Virus record (IMG/VR): IMGVR_UViG_3300027861_000010
Reading direction: 5' to 3' (one strand)
Source of the DNA: a virus
DNA: 64,000 nucleotides
Shown: piece by piece, positions 57,527-64,000 of the stretch
Layout of the letters: every line of letters begins with the position of its first letter
Position numbering within the stretch: position 1 is the stretch's first letter
Notes under the pieces: generated by a model
Seen by the model: the letters and a program-made list of their open reading frames with translations, nothing else
Databases searched by the model: none
What the model was told of the DNA's origin: nothing
Position numbers and translations under genes: made by a program

Positions 57527-57877
57527 ATGAACTTGATTGTTGCCGCTCTGGCTACCTGGCAGATCATCGAAATCTGGCACCATTCTCTACTAATGGCCCC
57601 GTTACGTTCTCGAACTGAGATGTGGACGGGTAAGTTGGGAGAGCTTCTGAGCTGTCCGTTCTGTTTGTCTCCCTGGGTCGCATTGCTTTGCACTGCGGCA
57701 CTTGGATTGGCAGAGTATGGGTTGGCGGGTCGATGTGGTAGCGTAATCATCTACGCCTTTGCCGCTGCTCGACTCGCCAACCTGGGCAACGATTTTTTCA
57801 AGCAATACGACCTAACCCCGAAGGTAACCTTCGATTATGACGACGAATCAGACGGATACGGAGACTCCGTTGGATGA
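57527..57877 (+). CDS. DUF1360-like membrane protein
   Basis: LATWQI...LGELLSCPFCLSPWVA...FAAARLANL. Confidence 0.65.
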   Translation: MNLIVAALATWQIIEIWHHSLLMAPLRSRTEMWTGKLGELLSCPFCLSPWVALLCTAALGLAEYGLAGRCGSVIIYAFAAARLANLGNDFFKQYDLTPKVTFDYDDESDGYGDSVG

Positions 57878-58226
57878 CGAGCAACAAAAGCTCATGTTCG
57901 ACGAGAATCTCAATCAAGTATTTCGCGAAGCGTGCCAGAAGGCTTTCCTTCAGGTGCCTGAGCTTCGCAGCGTGGTTGTAGTCTACGACTACTACCGCAA
58001 TTTGAATGACATGGAGGGCATCAGCAAAGGACTTTGGTTGCATACGGAAGGCGGTAAAACCAAGCCTTCCGATTCAGTAGCTGGTTCGCTTGGAGCGACA
58101 TTGCAGGCAGCTGCTCACATCCTGGATGAGCAAATGCAGCTGTACGTGACGCTGACAAATCAACTGACTGAAGTTTCCAAAGCCCTGATGGAGAAACAGA
58201 ATGAGCTCGAAGCCAGCCAAGAATGA
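57837..58226 (+). CDS. Hypothetical protein
   Basis: 129 aa, C-terminal coiled coil. Confidence 0.6.
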   Translation: MTTNQTDTETPLDDEQQKLMFDENLNQVFREACQKAFLQVPELRSVVVVYDYYRNLNDMEGISKGLWLHTEGGKTKPSDSVAGSLGATLQAAAHILDEQMQLYVTLTNQLTEVSKALMEKQNELEASQE

Positions 58227-58800
58227 GGCACTCCAGGAGTCCCTCGATCAGTTGCTGGATAGGCTTGGTATCGAGAAATGGGATCTGCTCCTGATTGGAG
58301 ACGGTTCCGGCTCTAATTGGAATTTTGAATGTGGCTGGGGTTGTGTGTCGATTGAGCATGCAACCTTGGCACGAAAATCCTGGCACGGAGCCATGAGTGC
58401 TGGTACAGTTAACTTCGCAGAGATGATGGCTTATTTGCAGCCACTCTGCTGGTATGTGAATCGAGAAATGTTGCGGCGGAAGAAGGCCACTTATCAGGCC
58501 AAAGTCCGACACATCCACATCATCACCGATTCGCAATACGCGAAAAACAAGGGATCTAGTAAAGATCTTCTCTCAGGGAGGAACGGAGCCCTTTGGCAAG
58601 TGTTCAAACAATTCGGTGCCCAAGGTATGATGTTGCACTGGCACTGGATCAGACGAGAAACCGTCGCGTTGAATCAATTTGCCGATCAACTCAGCAAGAC
58701 TGCGAGGTTGAACCTTAAAGGCAAGGACTTGCCGACACGAGTCGAGGAAAAGTCCTTTGACCCCTCGAGGACAATCTACCAGTTTAACCCTTGTGAGTAG
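58201..58800 (+). CDS. RNase H-like (RNase HI fold) protein
   Basis: LIGDGSG, TVNFAEMMA, HIITDS and LNQFADQLS provide the D-E-D-D catalytic pattern. Confidence 0.75.
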   Translation: MSSKPAKNEALQESLDQLLDRLGIEKWDLLLIGDGSGSNWNFECGWGCVSIEHATLARKSWHGAMSAGTVNFAEMMAYLQPLCWYVNREMLRRKKATYQAKVRHIHIITDSQYAKNKGSSKDLLSGRNGALWQVFKQFGAQGMMLHWHWIRRETVALNQFADQLSKTARLNLKGKDLPTRVEEKSFDPSRTIYQFNPCE

Positions 58801-58803
58801 ATC

Positions 58804-59385
58804 ATGAACCAGTGGTGGCAGTATTGGCCTGGCTATTTCAAAGCCGAAGAGTGCAAAAAGATCATCGAGCTGGCAGAGACCCTGCCCGCTATTGATGGAA
58901 AAATCGGCCACTCTGCGGACCTTGTCGAAACGAACCATAACGTCAGGCGGAGCACAATCAGATGGCTGCCTCGATACGATGGTCGTTTCTTCAATCTCTT
59001 CGGGGCTATGGAGATGCTCTTCAATGAGGGCAACCGTAATGCCTTTGGTTTCGATCTCTCAATGTTTACTGAGATTCAATTCACAGAGTACGCCTCGGAA
59101 AACGAAGGCAAGTACGACTGGCACCACGATACCACCTGGGTTTCATCAAAGCTCCAACGTCGCAAGCTTAGCATGGTCATCCAACTTACTGATCCAGCCG
59201 CTTATGAAGGTGGTCGGTTTGAGCTGAGCAAGGCAGACTGCGACGAAGTCCCTGATCCAGAAAAAATTCTGCCGCAAGGCACTGTAATCGTATTCCCTGC
59301 ATTCTTGCGTCATCGCGTGACATCGGTGACCAAAGGCACCAGGCACTCCCTGGTTAGTTGGATGGAGGGTCCTTACTTTAGATAA
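58804..59385 (+). CDS. 2OG-Fe(II) oxygenase (PKHD/P4Hc-like)
   Basis: YDWHHD (HxD), RKLSMVIQL, YEGG, VIVFPAFLRHRVTSVTKGTRHSLVSW. Confidence 0.9.
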   Translation: MNQWWQYWPGYFKAEECKKIIELAETLPAIDGKIGHSADLVETNHNVRRSTIRWLPRYDGRFFNLFGAMEMLFNEGNRNAFGFDLSMFTEIQFTEYASENEGKYDWHHDTTWVSSKLQRRKLSMVIQLTDPAAYEGGRFELSKADCDEVPDPEKILPQGTVIVFPAFLRHRVTSVTKGTRHSLVSWMEGPYFR

Positions 59386-59397
59386 AGGAGAAACTAT

Positions 59398-59730
59398 GTG
59401 ATTGATCCGTTAGACGAACTGATCAGCGACATCTTGGAAGATTCACCGAAGCCTCAGCCCTCAAAAGCTGAGGCTTCTGTCGTTGACACTCAAAGCGAAG
59501 AACCTCACGAGGAGGAAGATACGGACTTAACTTGGAAGAGAGTCCCAGCAAGGAAGCGAAATCCAACCTGCGGCACATGCCGAGCTAAACTCAAAGGCGG
59601 CACCTGGCATTGGTACTACAAGGACGACGATGGCGACATCTCCTGGTGGTGCTACAAATGTATGGCTTCCATTGACTGTCTACCTACAGAGGAGGAAATG
59701 AAACGTGCAGAAAAAAGTACCAAAGTTTGA
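59398..59730 (+). CDS. Hypothetical protein with two CxxC
   Basis: CGTC...CYKC; AAGGAG RBS. Confidence 0.6.
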   Translation: MIDPLDELISDILEDSPKPQPSKAEASVVDTQSEEPHEEEDTDLTWKRVPARKRNPTCGTCRAKLKGGTWHWYYKDDDGDISWWCYKCMASIDCLPTEEEMKRAEKSTKV

Positions 59731-59911
59731 CGTCAAGTCTGAGAGGAATGACATCAGCACTCAGGTACGAGTGCAGCAACTCGAAAACGGGTTTGTCGTG
59801 AAGACCGGCAACAAACCTATCCATTATCCAACAATCGAAGAAGCCGCTGACGCTATAAAAGCCGGTCTGATTGCAGCAAAGTGGCCCAACGGAGAAAAAC
59901 GACATGACTGA
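59705..59911 (+). CDS. Hypothetical protein
   Basis: 68 aa, VQQLENGFVV. Confidence 0.55.
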   Translation: MQKKVPKFDVKSERNDISTQVRVQQLENGFVVKTGNKPIHYPTIEEAADAIKAGLIAAKWPNGEKRHD

Positions 59912-60434
59912 GTCGGACATGAGTGAAACCTTGCGTCATTGGGAACAGGAAATCAAGGATCGTAAAACACTGGCAGTGAAGTTCGTGCTGATGGCAATGA
60001 AGCTTCACAACGTCAAATGTGTGGTCTGTGAGTATTCCGGCAGCGGCGACAGTGGTTGCGTTGAGGAGACACACATCCTCGAAAAACCCGTCGAACCTGA
60101 TGATTTTCACTGTGCTGATGTGGGCGTCGACGAGACTGGAAAGACTGCGTTGGAGACGTCACCTCTTGGCGAACTGCTCAACACGTTTGAAGACACCCTG
60201 TTTGAATCCCACTTCGGAAACGCACCCACCACACTGCTCGAGGCGATCAATTGGGCCGCGGAGTACATGACGACTTCAGGTTTCGAGATCAACGACGGCG
60301 GACAGGGTGTGATTGTCTTTGATGCCGTCAACAACGAATGTCGTTGTGAGCACGGTTCCAACATCGTTGAAGTCAACTACGAGACTGAAACGATCGAGTT
60401 TGAGGAAGGTGAAAATGCTGCCTCATCGGATTGA
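59904..60434 (+). CDS. DUF6878-like protein, copy 1
   Basis: EYSGSGDSGCVEE...GFEINDGGQGVIVFD. Confidence 0.6.
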   Translation: MTESDMSETLRHWEQEIKDRKTLAVKFVLMAMKLHNVKCVVCEYSGSGDSGCVEETHILEKPVEPDDFHCADVGVDETGKTALETSPLGELLNTFEDTLFESHFGNAPTTLLEAINWAAEYMTTSGFEINDGGQGVIVFDAVNNECRCEHGSNIVEVNYETETIEFEEGENAASSD

Positions 60435-60588
60435 CTTTGACGTGTGGCGGAACCTGTATGTCTCCACGCTGCTCGGCGGGGAGTTCGCCAACTGTCACGG
60501 TCAAGGTCCAACTCCTGAAGTGGCATACATCAGCCTGTTACTAACTGTCAGAGCAAAGAGGAGGCAAAATGCCAAAGTACAAAGTTGA
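60415..60588 (+). CDS. Possible small hypothetical protein
   Basis: ATG 60415 after GGAAGGTGA; fills the gap. Confidence 0.35.
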   Translation: MLPHRIDFDVWRNLYVSTLLGGEFANCHGQGPTPEVAYISLLLTVRAKRRQNAKVQS

Positions 60589-60982
60589 GTACGGGTTCGA
60601 TGTACCAGCCTATGGCGAAGTTGAAATCGAACTCGATACCGAAGACCAGGAGAAGGTCATCAAGCACATCAAGGAGCTCTACAACAAGGACGAGCTCATT
60701 GACGGCTGGGATACCGCTCCGGATGTCGGTTGTGAGAATCACAGGGTGGTCCATGTCTTCCGCGAACATGGCGACCCCAAAGGCGACTTCCACAACTGGC
60801 AGAATCTCGACTGGGGTTACTTTGACCTCACCGAGGACGACTATTACGAAAACGACCCGGCTCTCTGGATCGTCTATGACGACGATTCGGGAAGCATCAT
60901 GGGTCATGCAACCAAACGTGAGGACGCCGTGGCTATCGCGGAACAGCTCAGCGACGTCCGTATTCTCAAAGCGAGGATGTGA
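60569..60982 (+). CDS. Hypothetical acidic protein
   Basis: GAGGAGG RBS. Confidence 0.6.
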   Translation: MPKYKVEYGFDVPAYGEVEIELDTEDQEKVIKHIKELYNKDELIDGWDTAPDVGCENHRVVHVFREHGDPKGDFHNWQNLDWGYFDLTEDDYYENDPALWIVYDDDSGSIMGHATKREDAVAIAEQLSDVRILKARM

Positions 60983-60983
60983 T

Positions 60984-61391
60984 ATGGCGATCATCAGACA
61001 CAAACTGAACGACTACGAGTCCGTTACGGACAAAGCCGCGAAAAAAGGCGGAGCAAAAGAACGTAAATCGGAAGACTTTGACCTCGGTTGGGGAGAAACC
61101 CGCGTCTACGTGCTCGATGAGCACGAGTGGTGGGATCCGCATACCAGTACCAAGTACGACGGCCAGGGCATGTCGCGTCATGCGATGTATGGTCCTGCCG
61201 TCATCGTCTACGACTTTGCAGGCGGCGGCAGCAGTTCACATGAATTCCACGTGAACGATCCCCGTGCTTGGTCGTACGTCCGCCGGTGTATTGACGAAGG
61301 GCATGCTGCTCCAGGCAAAATGCCCTTAGGCCCTTCGTACAAGGAAGACCTTGTGACTATCCGAAGTGCAGGGGAGAAGGAGAATACATGA
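60984..61391 (+). CDS. Hypothetical protein
   Basis: ATG 60984 after GAGG. Confidence 0.55.
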   Translation: MAIIRHKLNDYESVTDKAAKKGGAKERKSEDFDLGWGETRVYVLDEHEWWDPHTSTKYDGQGMSRHAMYGPAVIVYDFAGGGSSSHEFHVNDPRAWSYVRRCIDEGHAAPGKMPLGPSYKEDLVTIRSAGEKENT

Positions 61392-61807
61392 GTCACCCGT
61401 ACCACCACGCTCTTAGCAGCGTGAAGAAGTGGGGTGGAGAGCCTGAAGATTACCAGGCAATCCATAACTGGTTCGACGAGACCAAGGCCCACTTCGCTGA
61501 CTTCCGGCACCGAGCCGCCCGTCATCATTCCGAAGGCATCTTCATGGCCGAACAGATCTTTGGGAAGACGATCACCATCAGTACCGGGCGGGTCGTTCCT
61601 GTCCGGTTCATCGGAGAACAGCACGTTATGGAGGACTGCGGCTGGATTCCAACCCTGGCTGACTGGCTCAAGAACATTCAGGCTCAACCCTGGATGAAGC
61701 GAGTGGGCCGTCAACTGTCCAAAGAACTCGAACAGGAGAATTTCTGTGCCACCGCATCCCCTTCCGAAGAAGCTCTACGATCGTGCGAAACAGTTGGGGC
61801 TGGTTGA
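61388..61807 (+). CDS. DUF6915-like protein
   Basis: MSHPYHHALSSVKKWGG.PEDY..IHNWFDETK...RHRA.RHHSEGIF...IGEQHVMEDCG.IPT.ADW. Confidence 0.7.
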   Translation: MSHPYHHALSSVKKWGGEPEDYQAIHNWFDETKAHFADFRHRAARHHSEGIFMAEQIFGKTITISTGRVVPVRFIGEQHVMEDCGWIPTLADWLKNIQAQPWMKRVGRQLSKELEQENFCATASPSEEALRSCETVGAG

Positions 61808-62129
61808 AATCATTCTGGAGTTTTCAGGTGGCAGCGACGAAGGTTACCTGACTGTCCTGACGGGTGAGAACCCGCCGCAGGCTCCTGAAAAGCATTACAA
61901 TGATCCCAATCTCAAGGCCTTTCACCAGGAGGTGGAAGACTGGGCCTGGTCAGTGTACGATTACAGCGGGACCGGTGACGGTTCCGACTACGGTGATGAC
62001 ATCACCTACGATCTCGAACACGACAAGGTAACGTACTCAGAGTGGTGCATGGTTCGTGAGGACCAGCCCACCGAAGAGATGAAACTCGAATGTGACAATG
62101 AAGAGAATGAGGAGAATGAAGATTCATGA
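61746..62129 (+). CDS. DUF6878-like protein, copy 2
   Basis: EFSGGSDEG...WSVYDYSGTGDG.DYG..ITYDL. Confidence 0.55.
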   Translation: MPPHPLPKKLYDRAKQLGLVEIILEFSGGSDEGYLTVLTGENPPQAPEKHYNDPNLKAFHQEVEDWAWSVYDYSGTGDGSDYGDDITYDLEHDKVTYSEWCMVREDQPTEEMKLECDNEENEENEDS

Positions 62130-62464
62130 CTACCAAAGTTAAACTTGGAGGAGTTGCGAAGTTCAAGGATGATGTCAAGAAGTGGGAAGCCCTGAGTCGC
62201 AAATTTGCGAAGTTCGGAGCTTCCGACACGGAACCTGATGCAGTGTTCCAGTGGTGCCTTAGGGATAAGGTAAACGGCGTGGACGTAAGAATCCCGCAAT
62301 CCGCCCGCGACTGGCAATTGTATTCCAGTATGCAGGGCGTCGGTTTGGCTGCCTCTCACCTGACAAAAGCATTGGTGCGTTGTCTGGACTCGCTTGGGCA
62401 GGTCACCGTCTCGGAGCAAAAGGAACTTCGAGAATTCTTGAACGGATACCTGTGGCGTTGCTAG
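62126..62464 (+). CDS. Hypothetical protein
   Basis: 112 aa, ATGA coupling. Confidence 0.55.
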   Translation: MTTKVKLGGVAKFKDDVKKWEALSRKFAKFGASDTEPDAVFQWCLRDKVNGVDVRIPQSARDWQLYSSMQGVGLAASHLTKALVRCLDSLGQVTVSEQKELREFLNGYLWRC

Positions 62465-62688
62465 TGCAGAGCCACCATGAACATCCCCGAAACTCACGAG
62501 AACTCTGTAATGGTTGCCAACAAAGTCTGGTTTCTTTGTTGCGAGGGTAATTCTAGCGACTTCATGTGAGCGGATAAGCTGTAGCCGGTGGAGATTCGGA
62601 TAAACCAGTTACTCCGATGGATCAGGGTGAAACCGGGCAGTGGGGATGTTCTTTTTTCAACAACCTTTTAGTAAGAGGAATTCAAACG

Positions 62689-63213
62689 ATGGCAAGACGT
62701 AAAAAGAGTCCGAGCAAGACGGTTCGTAAGGAAGTCCGAAGTGGGCAGGGTCGCGTCAACAAGGCGGCACAGATTCGGGAGTTCCTTCGGATCAACCCTA
62801 CCCTGACTTTCGCACAAATGACGAGCAAGTTCGAGGCTCTCGGATTGACGGTAACGTCCGCCCAGTTCTATTCGTTGCGTAACGAGATGAAGAGTGGCGG
62901 GTCGAACAAGAGTCCGAGGAGAAAGACAAAAACGCAAGCGAAGCAACGGCGTAAGAAGATCACTCCAGCTCGTGCTCCTGTTGTGACGGCCAAGCAAGGC
63001 TGCACGATGGAACCGCAGACGGCTGCTGAGATCTACGGCGATCCGTCATTGTCGCTGGAAGCCAGTACGCAACCGCCGAACGTGGAACGGGTGCTTCAAG
63101 CCCGCAACATTCTCGAGCGGGCGTACTTGGAAGCCTGGCAGATTGTTGGTCAGAACTATGACCTGGTTGATATCATCGTGGATGACATTCAGGAGAAACA
63201 TAAGGCCCACTGA
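62689..63213 (+). CDS. Basic putative DNA-binding protein (Planctomycete-style NKxxxIR motif)
   Basis: ATG 62689; K/R-rich; VNKAAQIREFLRINP...GLTVTSAQFY. Confidence 0.55.
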   Translation: MARRKKSPSKTVRKEVRSGQGRVNKAAQIREFLRINPTLTFAQMTSKFEALGLTVTSAQFYSLRNEMKSGGSNKSPRRKTKTQAKQRRKKITPARAPVVTAKQGCTMEPQTAAEIYGDPSLSLEASTQPPNVERVLQARNILERAYLEAWQIVGQNYDLVDIIVDDIQEKHKAH

Positions 63214-63233
63214 TCTGCGGCGAAACTACAGAT

Positions 63234-63271
63234 AGCAGGACGAGGTGCACAACACACCTCGTCCTGCTTTT
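63234..63271 (+). terminator. Rho-independent terminator
   Basis: Perfect 14-bp stem AGCAGGACGAGGTG / CACCTCGTCCTGCT followed by TTT. Confidence 0.8.
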
Positions 63272-63302
63272 CACGCGTGGGGCGACATGGGAGGTAAAGG
63301 GC

Positions 63303-63533
63303 GTGCGGTACTATATTTTAACGATAGGCGGCGTCTGGTTTTTGTTTTCACTCGTTTTCACTCGTTTTCACTCGTTTTCACTCGTTTTCACTCTCGCACT
63401 CTGTAAGGCAGCATCAGACGCGGACGACTGGAATGAGGAGATGTTTAGAAAATTAAAAGAAAAGGAGGAAGCTAGTGCTTTTAACGAGAAGTGGGATCTT
63501 GAAAGCGATTCAGGATGGCTACATCGGAATTGA
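63303..63533 (+). CDS. Small membrane protein containing a 10-bp tandem repeat
   Basis: GGAGG RBS; hydrophobic N-terminus, ALCKAASDADD. Confidence 0.55.
   Translation: MRYYILTIGGVWFLFSLVFTRFHSFSLVFTLALCKAASDADDWNEEMFRKLKEKEEASAFNEKWDLESDSGWLHRN
63344..63393 (+). repeat. (GTTTTCACTC)5 tandem repeat
   Basis: Five exact copies. Confidence 0.95.
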
Positions 63534-64000
63534 ACCTTTCAATGAGAATCAACTCAACCCGAACAGCTATGATCTCCGGTTGGGTCGTCAGGTCTTGCTT
63601 TATGAGCCCGGTGAGATTGACGCGGCGAAACCTCATCAAATAATCTCACAAGAGATCACCGACGAAGGCATCCTGCTTCAGCCAGGAGAGCTGTATTTGA
63701 TGGCGACCGAAGAAGTAACAACTTCTGCGAATCACGTACCGGGCATTGAAGGGCGTTCGTCGGTCGGGCGTCTTGGTGTGAATGTTCATGCCACAGCAGG
63801 CTTTGGTGACGTCGGATTCCACGGAACCTGGACTCTCGAAGTATCCTGCGTTCGCCCTGTTCGATTATATGCAGGCATGCGTATTTGCCAGATCTATTAC
63901 ACAACCTGCTCCGAAATTGAGGAAGGCGATCTCTACGCAGGCAAATACCTTGGACAACACGAGCCCTGTGCAAGTCGCATCTATAGGGAATGCGACGAAT
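63475..64000 (+). CDS. dcd: dCTP deaminase (3'-partial; absent from the ORF track)
   Basis: GTG 63475 after AAGGAGG; QLNPNSYDLRLG, EGRSSVGRLG, HATAGFGDVGFHGTWTLE, GMRICQI, YAGKY. Confidence 0.92.
   Translation, partial: MLLTRSGILKAIQDGYIGIEPFNENQLNPNSYDLRLGRQVLLYEPGEIDAAKPHQIISQEITDEGILLQPGELYLMATEEVTTSANHVPGIEGRSSVGRLGVNVHATAGFGDVGFHGTWTLEVSCVRPVRLYAGMRICQIYYTTCSEIEEGDLYAGKYLGQHEPCASRIYRECDE

Noticed and set aside
58804-59385. 2OG-Fe(II) oxygenase as prolyl-4-hydroxylase for the collagen
   Set aside because: Prolines in the collagen are almost all in the X position (G-P-X), whereas P4H acts on Y-position Pro. The gene is 34 kb away and the family is common in phages that lack collagen.
62560-62660. 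Possible riboswitch-like RNA in the intergenic gap before the basic protein
   Set aside because: Only short, weak stems; no recognisable aptamer consensus.

Overview
This 64-kb window is part of a large tailed dsDNA phage genome, probably a contractile-tailed myovirus. The host is probably a Planctomycete; this is inferred from the secreted c-type cytochromes, Cys/Gln-rich secreted peptides, csrA and a DUF1257/DUF2997/AAA cluster. Almost all genes are on the + strand. Positions 1-28.3 kb form a late/structural block: baseplate and tail genes, a sigma factor, an MMP-like protease, two secreted CxxCH proteins, five tandem paralogous Cys-rich tail proteins, a 1686-aa collagen-like fibre and a GT9/GT2 glycosyltransferase. 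Positions 28.3-51.5 kb form an early/accessory block. It opens with two near-identical promoter/leader motifs and a ~550-nt hairpin-rich non-coding region, followed by csrA, an AAA ATPase cluster and many small hypotheticals. Positions 51.5-64 kb hold a primase-like gene, the large terminase, an RNase H-like gene, a 2OG-Fe(II) oxygenase and dCTP deaminase. The stand-out element is at 45643-46920. A lone RAMP/Cas7-like gene is followed directly by a non-coding array of five conserved 30-nt hairpins. These separate six segments built from 5-nt GGY-NN units (78 units, 59 exactly GGY) in which the NN dinucleotide varies. This looks like a minimal phage RNA-guided system with a non-contiguous code rather than a classical CRISPR array. 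All family assignments come from motif recognition by eye; no database searches were run. Many start codons were refined by eye from the ORF track.
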